Numbered from the stretch's first letter, positions 38,954-51,323 are shown. The stretch is 64,000 bases of DNA from an uncultured Verrucomicrobiae bacterium (GCA_963769025.1 CAVYKI010000009.1:640001-704000), one strand, 5' to 3'. The notes: a model not told the origin generated them from the sequence alone. Numbers and translations: made by a program.

Positions 38954-39472
38954 TCAGTTGCCAGCCTTGCCCGTGAGGCCGGCCGCCTGCAGCGCGGCGA
39001 ACACTTCCTTCGGGCTGAAGTCGCCCGTCACTTCAAAGGACGCCACCTTCTTCTCCGCCGTGCTGCCGGTCACACCTTTTACTTTCCCAAGCGCCTTCGT
39101 CACCGCGCTCACGCACTTGTCGCAGCAGAGATGCACTTCGCTCACCTTGAGCGAGGCGACCTTTCCGTCCTTCGCGCCGCTCGTGTCCTTCAGCGAAATA
39201 TCGGCACTGTCGCTCTTGCCGTAGTAGCCTGCGGCGACCAGCGCATCCACCGCGCCCTGCGCGGAAGCCTTGTCGGCGGCGGTCAGCGTCACGGTGCCGG
39301 CGTCCTTGTCCACCGCAGCCGTCACGCCCTTGGCCTTGGCCACGGCCTTCTCGACCCCCGTCACGCAGCCCTTGCAGCAGAGGTGGACGTTCGAAATCTT
39401 CACGGAGGTTTCGGCGCGCGCAAACGTGGCGATGGCGGCGGTGACAACAATGGCGAGCAGTTGCTTGTTCAT
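38954..39472 (-). CDS. Secreted tandem heavy-metal-associated (HMA-like) domain protein
   Basis: Signal peptide; two ~70-aa repeats with VHLCCKGC and VHLCCDKC, ending ALVAAGY / ALQAAGL. Confidence 0.75.
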   Translation of the reverse strand: MNKQLLAIVVTAAIATFARAETSVKISNVHLCCKGCVTGVEKAVAKAKGVTAAVDKDAGTVTLTAADKASAQGAVDALVAAGYYGKSDSADISLKDTSGAKDGKVASLKVSEVHLCCDKCVSAVTKALGKVKGVTGSTAEKKVASFEVTGDFSPKEVFAALQAAGLTGKAGN

Positions 39473-39692
39473 GCGATTTTGCGTGTTGGATGGATTTGGA
39501 TGCGAGAGCGAGTGAACCCGTTCATTCCGCTGTTCGGGGACAAGCCTGCCAGTTTGCAATCCTTTGACCCGTTCCGTGAGTTGAGAGAACCGCGAAGTTC
39601 ACACCGGGTCCGGGCTAATAAAGGACGCCGCCCAGCGATGAATACGGGAGCCCAGCCCTCCAAAGCCCGCAGCCCCTCCGCCAATCCCCACA

Positions 39693-41096
39693 ATGCTTTC
39701 CTTCCAAGACAACGGTCCTGTTGGTGCCTCGATGCGCAGACGGGAGTTCCTCCGCGTCGGCGGACTCGGACTCGGCGGGCTGACGCTGAGCGATCTCTTC
39801 GCCGCGCGCGCCGCCGCAAAGGCCGCGAAGCTGCCCGTGTCCGACAAGTCCGTGATCTTCCTTTTCATGCACGGCGGGCCGTCGCAGTTCGAGACGTTCG
39901 ATCCGAAGATGGACGCGCCGGACGGCATTCGCAGCGCGACCGGCGAGGTGAAGACCTCGATTCCCGGCATCACGTTCGGCGCGACCTTTCCAAAGCTGGC
40001 GAAGCTCGCGCATAAATTCAGTGTCGTGCGCTCGTTCGTCACCGGCGATGCGATCCACGACATCAAGACCATCGTCGGAAAGGCCACAATGCAGGCGAAC
40101 ATGGGGTCGCTCTACGCGCGCGTCGCGGGTCCGCTCAGGCCGGAAACCACGATGCCGACGAACGTCGCGCTCTTTCCGCGCGCCATCAGCGCCGACGCCG
40201 GTCCGGTCATCACGAAATTTGGCAACTTCACTTCCACCGGCGACCTCGGGGCTGCGTATGCGCCGTTCGTCCCCGGCGCCGGCGGCGGGATGCAGGACGA
40301 CCTGTCCATGCACCTCCCTCAGACGCGCGTGAACGATCGCCGCGGCCTGCTCACCTCGCTCGACGATTGGCGGAGGCGCGCGGACACGGCGGGCGTGATG
40401 GAGGGCTACAGCGCGATCCAGCAGCAGGCCTTCGACACGCTGCTCGGCGGCGTCTCGGGCGCATTCGATCTGTCGCGCGAAGACGCCCGGCTGATCGAGC
40501 GGTACGACACCGCGGCGCTCGTCCCCCGCGACCGCATCAGCAAAAAGTGGAACAACCACCTGCACTACGGCGACCACGCCGAGACGCTCGGCAAACTGCT
40601 CCTGATGGCACGCCGCCTCTGCGAACGCGGCTGCGGCTTTGTCACCGTGACCACGAGCTTTGTGTGGGACATGCACGCGGACAACAACAACGCCACGCTC
40701 ACCGAAGGCATGGGCTACGTCGGCACGCCATTCGACCACGCCGTCTCCACCCTCATCGAAGACATCGAGGCGCGCGGCCTCAGCGAAAAAATCCTCCTCG
40801 TGTGCTGCGGCGAAATGGGCCGTTCGCCGACCATCAACAAGAAAGGCGGACGCGATCACTGGGGCGGCCTCGCTCCGCTGCTGCTCTACGGCGGCGGATT
40901 GAAAATGGGCCGCGTCATCGGCCAGTCCTCACGCAACGGCGGCGAACCCGCGTCCGACCCGGTGACAATCCCGGACCTCATGGCCACCATCATGCACACG
41001 CTCCTCGACGTAGGAGAAGTGCGGCTCATGGATGGCTTGCCCAAGACCCTCGTGGACGCCGTGACAGGCGGCCAGCCGATCAAGGGCCTCGTCTGA
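39693..41096 (+). CDS. DUF1501 domain protein
   Basis: RRREFLRVG, FLFMHGGPSQFETFDPK, LMARRLCERG, WDMH, GEMGRSP, GRDHW. Confidence 0.9.
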   Translation: MLSFQDNGPVGASMRRREFLRVGGLGLGGLTLSDLFAARAAAKAAKLPVSDKSVIFLFMHGGPSQFETFDPKMDAPDGIRSATGEVKTSIPGITFGATFPKLAKLAHKFSVVRSFVTGDAIHDIKTIVGKATMQANMGSLYARVAGPLRPETTMPTNVALFPRAISADAGPVITKFGNFTSTGDLGAAYAPFVPGAGGGMQDDLSMHLPQTRVNDRRGLLTSLDDWRRRADTAGVMEGYSAIQQQAFDTLLGGVSGAFDLSREDARLIERYDTAALVPRDRISKKWNNHLHYGDHAETLGKLLLMARRLCERGCGFVTVTTSFVWDMHADNNNATLTEGMGYVGTPFDHAVSTLIEDIEARGLSEKILLVCCGEMGRSPTINKKGGRDHWGGLAPLLLYGGGLKMGRVIGQSSRNGGEPASDPVTIPDLMATIMHTLLDVGEVRLMDGLPKTLVDAVTGGQPIKGLV

Positions 41097-41142
41097 ATCG
41101 CGCTTTCAATCGCGAGTTACGCAGAGAAAGCGCCGAGCGTTC

Positions 41143-41227
41143 GTAGCCGCCGACGGAAGGAGGCGGGCACATTTTCAGCATGGCGCGCAGATTCAAAGTC
41201 GGCCCGCCTCCTTCCGTCGGCGGCTAC
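41143..41227. repeat. GTAG-type REP doublet (REPIN)
   Basis: Perfect 26-bp inverted repeat GTAGCCGCCGACGGAAGGAGGCGGGC (41143-41168) / complement (41202-41227), between convergent genes. Confidence 0.85.
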
Positions 41228-41248
41228 CTATTGCCACGCCACTCGCCC

Positions 41249-41848
41249 CTACGGCAACTCCTTGATCTGGATGCGCCGGTATTCCATCTGGTCGCGATCC
41301 GCTTCCAGCCCGATGGGCCCGGTCTCGGGCAGCTTCAGCGCGGCCTCCAGGACCTCACCGTTGCACTCGCAGTGCGCGACATTGTCCTTCACCGTCACCA
41401 CGATCTGGTTCCAGTCCTGCGCCTTGTATTTTTTCAGCTCCTTGTAAGGCCCCGCCACGAGGTAATCCCGGCACTGGAGCTGCGGTTTGCGCAGGAAAAT
41501 CCCGCTGTCCGCGTTCACCGCCGCGCGGAATTCGATCTTCAAAATGAAATTCTTCGGAAATTCCTTCGTCGTCCAGAGCTGCCGAAGCTTCGGCCCCTTC
41601 GCAGCATCCTGCGGATTCACGACGAGGATGCCCGGCTTCGCTGAATAGCGCCCATCGCTCGCCTCCGTCTTCCCGTCAAATGTCTCCAGCACCTTCTGAT
41701 CCTTGTCGCGATACCCCCAGCCCGTCAGGTCTTTTCCATTATAAAGCGAGACGAACCCCTCCTCCGGTTTCCAGTCCTCCGCCCGTGCGACGAAAATCGC
41801 GGACAGTGCAAGGGCGGCGGTGACGAACGGGATGCGGAGGGATTTCAT
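41249..41848 (-). CDS. DUF1080 domain protein
   Basis: Signal peptide; GFVSLYNGKDLTGW, ADSGIFLR, DWNQI, GPIGLE, YRRIQIKEL. Confidence 0.88.
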   Translation of the reverse strand: MKSLRIPFVTAALALSAIFVARAEDWKPEEGFVSLYNGKDLTGWGYRDKDQKVLETFDGKTEASDGRYSAKPGILVVNPQDAAKGPKLRQLWTTKEFPKNFILKIEFRAAVNADSGIFLRKPQLQCRDYLVAGPYKELKKYKAQDWNQIVVTVKDNVAHCECNGEVLEAALKLPETGPIGLEADRDQMEYRRIQIKELP

Positions 41849-41911
41849 GCGCTCAGGCTCACGTTTCCTGGCGCTGAACCGCAAGCGAGAAATCCGCTTC
41901 AGGCCGCGCCC

Positions 41912-43522
41912 CTACCCGGCCGTGATCGCCGCGCGCTCGTCGTCGAGAGCGCCGGTCTTTTCCAGGAAGTAATCGTAGCCGCCGGGGTAGCTGGTGACTT
42001 TGCCGTTGTGCACGTGGAGGACTTTCGTCGCGAGCTTGCGGATGAAATGCACGTCGTGCGAAATGAAGACGAGCGTGCCAGCGTAGTTCTCCAGCGCGAG
42101 GATGAGCGACTCGACGGTGTGGATGTCGAGGTGCGTCGTGGGCTCGTCCATGAGGAGGAGATTCGGCGGGTCCACGAGGAACTTGATGAGATTCAGCCGC
42201 GTCTTTTCGCCGCCGCTGAGGATCTCGGTTTTCTTGTAGATTTCGTCCTTCCGGAAAAGGAAGGAGCCGAGGATGCCGCGGGCCTCGTTTTCGCCGAGGT
42301 CCTTGCCGCTCTCCATGACTTCCTGCAGGACGGTCTTCGCGGGATCGAGCGTCGCGGAGCGATGCTGGCTGAAGTAGCCGATCTTGGCATTGAGCCCCGG
42401 CGTGCGCGTGCCTCTTTGGAATTCAAGCACGCCTCCGAGGATTTTCAGCAGCGTCGATTTTCCCGAGCCATTCGGCCCGACAAGGACGGTGCGCTCATCG
42501 CGCTCGATGGTGATGTCGAGACCCTCGTAAACCTTCGTGGCACCGTAGGCCATGTGGATGCCCTCGAGTGACATCGCGCGCTGGCCGATACGCACGGGCT
42601 GCGGGATCTGGAAGCGGAAGGGCTTCTTCGGAGGCACGGGCTTTTCGATCAGCTCCATGCGCTCGATTTGCTTGAGCTTGCTCATGGCCTGCGAGGCCTT
42701 CGAGGTCACGGAGCGGAAACGGTCCACGAATTCCTGGAGCGAGGCGATTTCCTTCTGCTGGTTCTTGTAGGCGGCGTTCTGCTGTTCGTAGTTCGCCTCC
42801 TTCTGCTCGACGTAGGCGGCGTAGTTGCCGGTGTAGGAAATGAGCTTCTTCTCCGAGATTTCGTACACGCGCTCGACGATCTCATCCATGAACTCGCGAT
42901 CATGCGAAATGAGGAGCACCGCGCCGGAATAGCTCTTGAGATACTTTTGCAGCCAGAGCAGCGAGAGCAGGTCGAGGTGGTTCGTCGGCTCGTCGAGCAA
43001 AAGCAAATCCGGCTCCATCACGAGCAGCCGCGCAAGGTGCGCGCGCATGACCCAGCCGCCGCTCATTTCGCGCGCCGGGCGCGAAAAGTCCGTCTCCCGG
43101 TAGCCGAGACCGTGGAGCATCTTCTTTGCCTTGGCCTCGACGTGGGGGCTGCAGAGCGCCTCGTGCTTCGCGTGGGCTTCGAGGTATGCCGAACTCTCGA
43201 CGTCGCCGGCCTTTTCCAGCGCGTGCAGCTTTTCCTCCAGCGTCGCGATGTCGCCTGCGCGGCCGGTCGCGATGTCGAGCACGGTCTCGGTGCCGATGCA
43301 TTCGGCCTCCTGCGGCAGGTAGCCGACCATCGTCCACGCATCGCGCTCCACGGTGCCGGCATCGGGATCCTCCGTGTGCAGAATGATGGAGAACAGCGTG
43401 GACTTGCCCGCGCCATTCGGGCCTACGAGTGCCACGCGCTCGCCATAGTTCACCTGCAAGGCGGCGTTTTCAAACAGCGTGCGCCCGCCGTGGCTTTTTC
43501 GGAGATCGCGAATGGAGAGCAT
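41912..43522 (-). CDS. ABC-F family ATP-binding protein
   Basis: Two ABC domains: GPNGAGKST / MSGGW / LLLDEPTNHLD and GPNGSGKST / LSGGEK / DEPTTHLD; no TM segments. Confidence 0.93.
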   Translation of the reverse strand: MLSIRDLRKSHGGRTLFENAALQVNYGERVALVGPNGAGKSTLFSIILHTEDPDAGTVERDAWTMVGYLPQEAECIGTETVLDIATGRAGDIATLEEKLHALEKAGDVESSAYLEAHAKHEALCSPHVEAKAKKMLHGLGYRETDFSRPAREMSGGWVMRAHLARLLVMEPDLLLLDEPTNHLDLLSLLWLQKYLKSYSGAVLLISHDREFMDEIVERVYEISEKKLISYTGNYAAYVEQKEANYEQQNAAYKNQQKEIASLQEFVDRFRSVTSKASQAMSKLKQIERMELIEKPVPPKKPFRFQIPQPVRIGQRAMSLEGIHMAYGATKVYEGLDITIERDERTVLVGPNGSGKSTLLKILGGVLEFQRGTRTPGLNAKIGYFSQHRSATLDPAKTVLQEVMESGKDLGENEARGILGSFLFRKDEIYKKTEILSGGEKTRLNLIKFLVDPPNLLLMDEPTTHLDIHTVESLILALENYAGTLVFISHDVHFIRKLATKVLHVHNGKVTSYPGGYDYFLEKTGALDDERAAITAG

Positions 43523-43711
43523 GGAAGAGATGGGTAAAGGTGTGCCGAATTTCGGGGCCGGGAAGGGACATCAGTTCAGCCCGCCACGCAAGACGCCATT
43601 CCGACGAACCATCGGGCCAGCGTTTCAGTCTGCGCCACATTTCAGGACAGTGATCGGCAGCAGTCCCGAGGCCGACGGAAACGGCGGGCGCTGCGTCCCG
43701 ATCCTCCCACT

Positions 43712-45103
43712 TCACCAGCCGCCGCCCAGCGCCGTGATCAGCGCCACGGTCGCGTTCAGGCGGCGCAGGCGGAGATTGATCGCGTTGCTTTCCGCACCCA
43801 GCGCCGCGGCCTGAGCGGTGGTGACATTGATGTAGCTCACCGTCCCGGCCTTGTACTGGTTCATCGCGATGCGTTCGCTTTCCCGCGCGGCATGCACCGC
43901 TTCGTCCTGCGCCGCCGCTTCCCGTGCGAGGATGCGCAGCGTGGCGAGCGCGTCCTCCGTGCTCTGCAAGGCGCTCAACACGGTCTGCCGGTAATCGGCG
44001 ACCGCCTGCTTCCACACGGCGTCGGCCTGCGCCTTGGCGGCGATGCGCTGGCCACTGTCGAGGAGCTGGAGGGCGGCATCCGCGCCGAGTGACCAGAAGT
44101 TGTTCGATTTGGTGAAAAGCTCGGCAAGGCCCAGCCAGCCATTGCTCGCGCTGAGCGTGATGGTCGGAAAGAAAGCGGCGCGGGCCGCACCGATGCGTTC
44201 GTTTGCGGCGGCGACCTTGCGCTCTGCGGCGGCAATGTCCGGCCGGCGTTCCAACACGGCCGATGGCGTGGAGGATGGCCATGCCGGGATCGTCGTGGGG
44301 AGCTTGCCCTTTTTCACATCGAATGCCGCCGGCGCGCGTCCGGTCAGCGTTGCGAGCGCGTGTTCGAGCGTCGCGCGCTGCACTTCCAGATCGATCATCG
44401 CGACGCGGCTGGTGGCGAGTTGGGTCCGGGCAAGGGCGACGTCTGCGGCGGATGCCACGCCCTGCTCCTCCCGATTTTTTGTAAGGTCGAGCGCCTTCTC
44501 GTAACTGGCGACTTCGCCGGCGAGCAGGCTCCTCTGCGCGTCGGCGGCGTGCAGGGAAAAGTACGCCTGTGCGGCCTGCAACTGGAGGCTGAGCCGCAAG
44601 GATTCCACATTCGCCAGCGCCGCCTGAAGATCGCCGGTAGCCGCGCCCGCGCCGTGACGCAGACGCCCCCACAGATCCATCTCCCAGCTCGCGGTGCCGG
44701 ATACGGAATAGAGCGTTTGCGCGGTGACGCCACCGGTGGTCGATGTGCTGCGCGCGCTGTTTTTGCTGCGCGTGCTCCCAGCATCCACACTCACTTTCGG
44801 GAGGAACGCGAGCTTCGCACCTTTCAACAGCGCCGCCGATTGCTCGGCGACAGCGGCGGACGACTGGAGCGACTGATTGGAGACGTTCACTGCCCTGAGA
44901 ATCGCGCTCAACTCCGCGTCGTGGAAAATGCCCCACCATTCGCCCCGCGGCAGGTGCGCTGCGGGCTGGGCGACCTTCCACCCTTTCCCCTCCTTGAAGT
45001 GCGCGGGGATTTCCATTTCCGGCGACTGCTTTTTGGGCGTGAAGGCGCAGCCACCGCTTGCGGCGATGATGCCGGATAAAACAAGGCGCGGAATCGTCTT
45101 CAT
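43712..45103 (-). CDS. RND efflux outer-membrane factor lipoprotein (NodT/OprM type)
   Basis: Lipobox-like SGGC, ASWEMDLWG, LERRPDIAAAER, ALGGGW. Confidence 0.92.
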   Translation of the reverse strand: MKTIPRLVLSGIIAASGGCAFTPKKQSPEMEIPAHFKEGKGWKVAQPAAHLPRGEWWGIFHDAELSAILRAVNVSNQSLQSSAAVAEQSAALLKGAKLAFLPKVSVDAGSTRSKNSARSTSTTGGVTAQTLYSVSGTASWEMDLWGRLRHGAGAATGDLQAALANVESLRLSLQLQAAQAYFSLHAADAQRSLLAGEVASYEKALDLTKNREEQGVASAADVALARTQLATSRVAMIDLEVQRATLEHALATLTGRAPAAFDVKKGKLPTTIPAWPSSTPSAVLERRPDIAAAERKVAAANERIGAARAAFFPTITLSASNGWLGLAELFTKSNNFWSLGADAALQLLDSGQRIAAKAQADAVWKQAVADYRQTVLSALQSTEDALATLRILAREAAAQDEAVHAARESERIAMNQYKAGTVSYINVTTAQAAALGAESNAINLRLRRLNATVALITALGGGW

Positions 45104-48100
45104 AAGGATTGCGGCAGGCTGCTGTCCGGAACTGCCGGATCAGCGTCGGGCTTGCTTCGTTTCGATCTTGTGAAGCGCAGGCGGAGCCGGTCGAGCAAAA
45201 GGTAAATCACCGGCGTCGTGTAGAGCGTGAGCACCTGACTCACGAGGAGGCCGCCGACGACTGCCACGCCGAGCGGGCGGCGCAGCTCCGAACCGGTCCC
45301 CGTGCCGAGCGCGAGCGGCAGCGCGCCGAGCAGCGCGGCCGAAGTGGTCATCAGGATGGGGCGCAGCCGCAGCTTGCAGGCCTCGAAGATCGCGTCGCGC
45401 GAGCTGATGCCGTGCTCGCGCTCGGCCTGCAGCGCGAAATCGATCATCATGATGGCGTTCTTTTTCACGATGCCGATGAGCAGGAAGATGCCGATGAGCG
45501 CCATGATGCTGAACTCCATCCCGCACACGGCCAGAGCGAGCAACGCGCCGAGACCGGCGGAGGGCAGCGTGGAGAGGATCGTGAGCGGATGCATGAAGCT
45601 CTCGTAGAGGATCCCGAGCACGAGATAGATGACGAGAAGGGCGAGCAGGATCAGCCACGGCTGGCTGTCGAGCGACGACTGAAAGGCGCCCGCGCTGCCT
45701 GCGAACTGGCGCTGCACCGACTCGGGCAGGCCGAGGCGCCCGATCGCATTCGTAATCGCCGCCGTCGCGTCGCTGAACGCCACACCGGGGGCGAGGTTGA
45801 AGGAGAAAGTCATCGCCGCAAACTGGCCCTGGTGATTCACCGCGAGCGGCGCGGGCGCGGGTTCCCATCGCGCGAGCTCGGCGAGCTGCACGGATCCTCC
45901 CGCGATGCTCGGCACGCGGACGTGCGCAAAGTCGTCCGTGTCCTTCGTCCGCGAGGCTTCCAGCACGACACGGTATTGGTTCAAGGGCGCGTAAATCGTC
46001 GAGACAAGCCGCTGCCCGAAGGCGCTGTTGAGCGTCGCATCGATGGCCGCCATCGTCACTCCGAGTCGTGCGGCCCCGTCCCGGTCGATGACGAGCCGTG
46101 TCAGTTCGCCCTTGTTTTGGAAGTCGCTGTTCACATCCGTGAGTTGCCTGAGCCCGAGCAGCGTCTGGCGCACGCGCGGCTCCCATTCGTGCAGGAGGCT
46201 CAGGTCGCTGGCCTGAAGCGTGTACTGGTAAAGTGCCTGGCTTGATCGCGCTCCGATCCTCAGATCCTGTCCCGGCTGGAGGAAAAGCGTCGCACCGGGA
46301 ATGTGGCTGAGTTTCGCGCGGAAACGCGCGAGCACCTTGTCCACGGAATCCCGCTCGGACGAGGGCTTGAGCGTCACGAAGACGCTTCCGTTGTTCTTGG
46401 CTCCTCCCGAAAAGCCGCCGCCGCCCGTGCCTGCGTTCACCGTCACAACGGCGGGATCATTCAGCACCACGGCCGCGATCGCCGCGACCTTGTCGCGCAT
46501 CGCCTCAAAGGAGATCGTCTGATCTCCCGTGATGCCGCCCGCCAGCATTCCCGTGTCCTGCTGCGGGAAGAAGCCTTTCGGCATCTTGACGTAAAGCCAT
46601 CCGGTCAGCCCGCTCACGACGAGGAAGACCACGAGCATGATCCAGCGGTGATTCAGGACGACCGCCAGCGTGTCGGCATAAAACGACTGCACCCAGCGAA
46701 AGGGTTTCCCGGCCCAACGTGCGAAGGCGCCTGGCTGCCGCTGGGCTTTCTTTGCGCCGAGAAGGTGCGCGCACATCATCGGCGTGGTGGTCAATGAGAT
46801 CACCAGCGACACGGCGATGGCCGTGGTGAGCACCACCGCAAATTCGCGGAACAACCGCCCGAGCAATCCGCCCATGAACAGGATCGGAATGAACACCGCG
46901 ACCAGCGAGAGGCTCATCGAGACCACGGTGAACGTCACTTCGCGTGCGCCGCGCCGCGCCGCCTCCTTCACGCTCATTCCATTTTCGATGTGCCGGGTGA
47001 TGTTCTCGACCACCACCACGGCGTCATCCACGACGAAGCCCGTCGAAATCGTGAGCGCCATGAGCGAGAGGTTGTCCAGACTGTAGCCGAAGAGGTACAT
47101 CACGCCGAAGGTGCCGATGAGCGACACAGGCACTGCAACACCGGGAATGAACGTCGTGCGGTAGCGCCGCAAAAACAGAAACACCACCAGCACGACCAGC
47201 AGCACCGACAGCAGCAGCGTGCGCTGCACCTCCTCGACGGATGCGCGAATGGTCACGGTGCGGTCCATTGTGATTTCGACATTCATCGCAGCCGGCGCCA
47301 TCGCGCGGAGGTGCGGCATCATCGCCTTGATGCGATCCACCACCTCGATGATGTTCGCCCCCGGCTGCCGGAAGACCACCATCGTGACGGACGGTTTGCC
47401 GTTCGTCGTCCCGTAGTTGAATGCATCCTGCACGCCATCGGTCACGGTGCCGAGATCTCCCAGCCGCAGAGCCGCTCCATTCGTGTAACGCACGATGACC
47501 GGTTTGTAGTCATCCGCCTTGGAAAGCTGATCGGTCGCCACCACCTGCCAGCGGCGGTCCGCGTCCTCGACCACGCCTTTCGGGCGGTTCACATTGGCCG
47601 TGGAGATCGCCGTGCGGACGTCCTCCAGCGTCAATCCCGCGCGCGTCAGCGACGGCAGATCCATCGAGACCCGCACCGCCGGCAGCGAACTCCCGCTGAC
47701 GCTCACATTGCCCACGCCATCCACTTGCGAGAGCTTCTGCGCGATGAGCGTCGAGGCCACGTCGTACATGTCGCCCGGCGTGGCCACGTCCGAGGTGATC
47801 GCCATGATCAGGATCGGCGAATCGGCAGGATTGGACTTGCGCCAGGTGGGGTTGGTCGGAAGGCCGGAGGGCAGCAGGCCACGCGCGGCATTGATGGCGG
47901 CCTGCACGTCGCGCGCCGCGCTGTCGCCATCGCGGCTCAGGTCAAATTGCATCGTCACCCGCGAATTGCCGACCGTCGAAGAGGAGGTCATCTCCGTAAT
48001 CCCCGCGATGCGCCCCAGCGAACGCTCCAGCGGCGTCGCAACGGTTGCCGCCATCGTCTCGGGGCTCGCGCCGGGCAGCGACGCGGAGACGGAGATGGTG

Positions 48101-48228
48101 GGGAAATCCACGCGCGGCAGCGCTGCGACGGGCAGGAAAAAATACGCCAGGCCGCCGGCGAGAGCGATCGCCAGGGTCGCAAGCGTCGTCGCCACGGGAC
48201 GCGCAATGGCGATGTCGGTGATTCTCAT
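45100..48228 (-). CDS. mdtC: RND permease MdtC-like
   Basis: [52 protein letters not shown]. Confidence 0.88.
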   Translation of the reverse strand: MRITDIAIARPVATTLATLAIALAGGLAYFFLPVAALPRVDFPTISVSASLPGASPETMAATVATPLERSLGRIAGITEMTSSSTVGNSRVTMQFDLSRDGDSAARDVQAAINAARGLLPSGLPTNPTWRKSNPADSPILIMAITSDVATPGDMYDVASTLIAQKLSQVDGVGNVSVSGSSLPAVRVSMDLPSLTRAGLTLEDVRTAISTANVNRPKGVVEDADRRWQVVATDQLSKADDYKPVIVRYTNGAALRLGDLGTVTDGVQDAFNYGTTNGKPSVTMVVFRQPGANIIEVVDRIKAMMPHLRAMAPAAMNVEITMDRTVTIRASVEEVQRTLLLSVLLVVLVVFLFLRRYRTTFIPGVAVPVSLIGTFGVMYLFGYSLDNLSLMALTISTGFVVDDAVVVVENITRHIENGMSVKEAARRGAREVTFTVVSMSLSLVAVFIPILFMGGLLGRLFREFAVVLTTAIAVSLVISLTTTPMMCAHLLGAKKAQRQPGAFARWAGKPFRWVQSFYADTLAVVLNHRWIMLVVFLVVSGLTGWLYVKMPKGFFPQQDTGMLAGGITGDQTISFEAMRDKVAAIAAVVLNDPAVVTVNAGTGGGGFSGGAKNNGSVFVTLKPSSERDSVDKVLARFRAKLSHIPGATLFLQPGQDLRIGARSSQALYQYTLQASDLSLLHEWEPRVRQTLLGLRQLTDVNSDFQNKGELTRLVIDRDGAARLGVTMAAIDATLNSAFGQRLVSTIYAPLNQYRVVLEASRTKDTDDFAHVRVPSIAGGSVQLAELARWEPAPAPLAVNHQGQFAAMTFSFNLAPGVAFSDATAAITNAIGRLGLPESVQRQFAGSAGAFQSSLDSQPWLILLALLVIYLVLGILYESFMHPLTILSTLPSAGLGALLALAVCGMEFSIMALIGIFLLIGIVKKNAIMMIDFALQAEREHGISSRDAIFEACKLRLRPILMTTSAALLGALPLALGTGTGSELRRPLGVAVVGGLLVSQVLTLYTTPVIYLLLDRLRLRFTRSKRSKPDADPAVPDSSLPQSL

Positions 48229-51200
48229 GCGGCGGCAGTCTCGGCGGCCGGCGAGGCCGCATCGTGCTCCCGCTTCTTCGGGAGGAGCCCGTCAAACATC
48301 AGGTAAATCACCGGAGTGGTGAAGAGCGTGAGCAACTGGCTCAGGAGGAGCCCGCCGACCATCGTGAGGCCGAGCGGATGGCGCAATTCGGAGCCTTCGC
48401 CGGTGCCGAGCATCAGGGGAAGCGCGCCGAGCAGGGCGGCGAGCGTGGTCATCAGGATCGGCCGGAAGCGCAGGAGGCAGGCCTCGAAGATCGCGTCGCG
48501 CGGAGTCGCGCCGTGTTCGCGTTCCGCCTCCAGCGCGAAGTCGATCATCATGATGGCGTTCTTCTTCACGATGCCGATCAGCAGCACGATGCCGATGATC
48601 GCCATCACGCCGAGCTCCGTGTGCGTGAACTTCAGTGCCAGCAACGCGCCGACCGCCGCGCTCGGCAGCGTGGACAAAATGGTGACCGGGTGGATGAAGC
48701 TCTCGTACAGCACGCCGAGGACGAGGTACATGACGACGACCGCCGCGAGGATGAGCAGCAGTTGGTTGCGCAGCGCGCTTTGGAACGCGAGCGCCGTGCC
48801 TTCATACCCGCTCTCGATGCTCTCCGGCATGGCGATTTCATGTTGGATGCGGCGGATTTCCTCCACGGCATCGCCGAGGGCCACGCTCGGCGCGAGATTG
48901 AATGAAACCGTCACCGCGGGAAACTGGTTCTGGTGCGCGATGGCGAGTGAGGCGGGCTCCTCGACGATCTGCGCCAGCGTGCTGAGAAGCACCTGCTGGC
49001 CGCCGGTTCCGGGGACCCGGACGTGGTCAAACGCGGAGAGACCGTCGCGAAACTCGGGTGCGTGTTCCAGCACCACCCGATACTGGCCGCTCTGCGTGAA
49101 AATGGTGGAGATGAGCCGCTGCCCAAACGCGTTGTAGAGCGCCGCGTCGATCGCGGCCACGGTGACACCGAGGCGGCCGGCGGTCTCGCGGTCAATGACG
49201 ACGCGGGCTTGCAGGCCTTTGTCGAGCAAGTCATCCGCGACATCGGCGAGCAGCGGAGAATGGCGCAAACGATCCACCAGCTTCGGTGTCCACGTTTCCA
49301 ACGCCTTCATGTCAGGCGATTGCAGCGTGAGCTGGTACTGCGTTCGGCTGACCCGGTCCTCGATGTTGAGATCCTGCACGGGCTGGAGGTAAAGCTGCGC
49401 GCCGGGCAGGTTCTTCGCGCGGTCCTGGAGCCGGCGAACGACTTGCGCAGCGGTGGCGTTGCGGTCGTGGCGCGGCTTGAGATTGATCAGCATGCGGCCG
49501 CTGTTGGGCGTCGTGTTCACCCCATCCACGCCGATGAAGGACGACACGCTCTCCACCGCGGGATCGGCGAGCGCGAGCTTCGCGAGGGTCTGCTGACTCT
49601 CGGCCATCGCGGCAAATGAAGTGTTCTGCGGCGCCTCGACGATCCCCTGGATGATTCCGGTGTCCTGCGCGGGAAAGAACCCCTTCGCCACGTCCAGATA
49701 GAGGACCACCGTCGCCACGAGCGTGGCAAGGAAGACGAGCATCGTCGCGACGCGATGTTCGAGCACCACCCGAAGCATCCGCCCGTACCACGCGATGATT
49801 GCGTCAAATCCACGCGCGACACGCCTCGCGATCGGGCCCTCCTTGTGGTGGCTCAGCAATCGCGAGCACATCATCGGCGTCAGGGTCAGCGAAATGACGG
49901 CGGAGATGATGATGGCGACGGCAAGCGTGATCGCGAACTCGCGGAACAGCCGTCCGACCACGTCCTGCATGAACAGCAGCGGAATGAGCACCGCGATCAG
50001 CGAGACGGTGAGCGAGATGATGGTGAAGCCGATCTGCCGCGCGCCCTTGAGCGCTGCTTGGAGCGGCGATTCCCCCTTCTCGATGTAGCGGGCGATGTTT
50101 TCGATCATCACGATCGCGTCGTCCACGACGAAGCCCGTGGCGATGGTCAGCGCCATGAGGGTCAGGTTGTTCAGGCTGAAGCCGCAGAACCACATCACCG
50201 CAAACGTCCCGACGAGCGACAGCGGCACGGCGACCGCCGGGATGATCGTGGCGCGGAGGCTGCGCAGGAAGACGAAGATCACCGCGATGACGAGGCCGAT
50301 CGCAATCAGCAGCTCCTTCTGCACGTCCTCCACGGAAGCCCGAATCGTGTTGGTGCGATCCGTCAGCACCTTGATGTCCACCGCGGGCGGCATGGCATCG
50401 CGCAGCTTCGGGAGCAGTTCCTTGATGCGGTCAGCCACCTCGATGACGTTCGCGCCCGGCTGGCGCTGCACGTTCACGATGACTGCGGGCTGCGCGTCCG
50501 CCCATGCCGCTAGGCGCACGTTTTCGGCGTCATCCACCACATCGGCAACGTCGCGAACCCTCACGGCGGATCCGTTGCGCCAGGCGATGACGAGGTTGCT
50601 GTAGTCCTCGATGGAGAGCAGTTGGTCGTTCGCATCCAGCGTGCTGCTGCGCGTGAGGCTGTCGAGGCCGCCCTTGGCCTGGTTCACGTTGCCGCTTGCG
50701 ATGGCCGCGCGCAGATCCTCCGTGCTGAGGCCGCGGGAGGCGAGCGCGACCGGGTTTGCGCGGATGCGGACCGCGGGCCGCATGCCGCCGCTCAGCGAGA
50801 CCAGCCCGACACCAGTGATCTGCGAAAGCTTCGGCGCCAGCCGGGTGTCCGCGGCGTCCTGCACTTTGATCAGAGGCAGGGTCTTCGATGTGAGCGCGAG
50901 CGTGACGATCGGCGCGTCGGCCGGATTGACCTTGTTGTAAATCGGCGGGTTGGGAAGGTCGGCCGGCAGGAGGTTTGCCGCCGCATTCATCGCGGCCTGC
51001 ACGGTCTGCTCCGCGATGTCGAGACGCAGCCCGAGAGTGAAACGGAGGGTGATCACCGAGGAACCGCCGCTGCTGATCGAGTACATCTGCGCCAGGCCCG
51101 GCATCTGTCCGAACTGCCGTTCGAGCGGGGCGGTCACACCGGAAGCCATCACCTCGGGCCCCGCTCCGGGATACAGCGTGGTGACCTGGATCGTCGGGTA

Positions 51201-51323
51201 ATCGACCTGCGGCAGCGCCGACACCGGCAACAGGCGATACGCCACTGCACCCGCGAGCAGGAGTGCGACCATGAGGAGCGTGGTCGCGATGGGGCGCTCG
51301 ATGAAAACGCGGGATGGATTCAT
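48225..51323 (-). CDS. mdtB: RND permease MdtB-like
   Basis: [53 protein letters not shown]; real start 51323 overlapping the mdtA stop. Confidence 0.9.
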   Translation of the reverse strand: MNPSRVFIERPIATTLLMVALLLAGAVAYRLLPVSALPQVDYPTIQVTTLYPGAGPEVMASGVTAPLERQFGQMPGLAQMYSISSGGSSVITLRFTLGLRLDIAEQTVQAAMNAAANLLPADLPNPPIYNKVNPADAPIVTLALTSKTLPLIKVQDAADTRLAPKLSQITGVGLVSLSGGMRPAVRIRANPVALASRGLSTEDLRAAIASGNVNQAKGGLDSLTRSSTLDANDQLLSIEDYSNLVIAWRNGSAVRVRDVADVVDDAENVRLAAWADAQPAVIVNVQRQPGANVIEVADRIKELLPKLRDAMPPAVDIKVLTDRTNTIRASVEDVQKELLIAIGLVIAVIFVFLRSLRATIIPAVAVPLSLVGTFAVMWFCGFSLNNLTLMALTIATGFVVDDAIVMIENIARYIEKGESPLQAALKGARQIGFTIISLTVSLIAVLIPLLFMQDVVGRLFREFAITLAVAIIISAVISLTLTPMMCSRLLSHHKEGPIARRVARGFDAIIAWYGRMLRVVLEHRVATMLVFLATLVATVVLYLDVAKGFFPAQDTGIIQGIVEAPQNTSFAAMAESQQTLAKLALADPAVESVSSFIGVDGVNTTPNSGRMLINLKPRHDRNATAAQVVRRLQDRAKNLPGAQLYLQPVQDLNIEDRVSRTQYQLTLQSPDMKALETWTPKLVDRLRHSPLLADVADDLLDKGLQARVVIDRETAGRLGVTVAAIDAALYNAFGQRLISTIFTQSGQYRVVLEHAPEFRDGLSAFDHVRVPGTGGQQVLLSTLAQIVEEPASLAIAHQNQFPAVTVSFNLAPSVALGDAVEEIRRIQHEIAMPESIESGYEGTALAFQSALRNQLLLILAAVVVMYLVLGVLYESFIHPVTILSTLPSAAVGALLALKFTHTELGVMAIIGIVLLIGIVKKNAIMMIDFALEAEREHGATPRDAIFEACLLRFRPILMTTLAALLGALPLMLGTGEGSELRHPLGLTMVGGLLLSQLLTLFTTPVIYLMFDGLLPKKREHDAASPAAETAAA

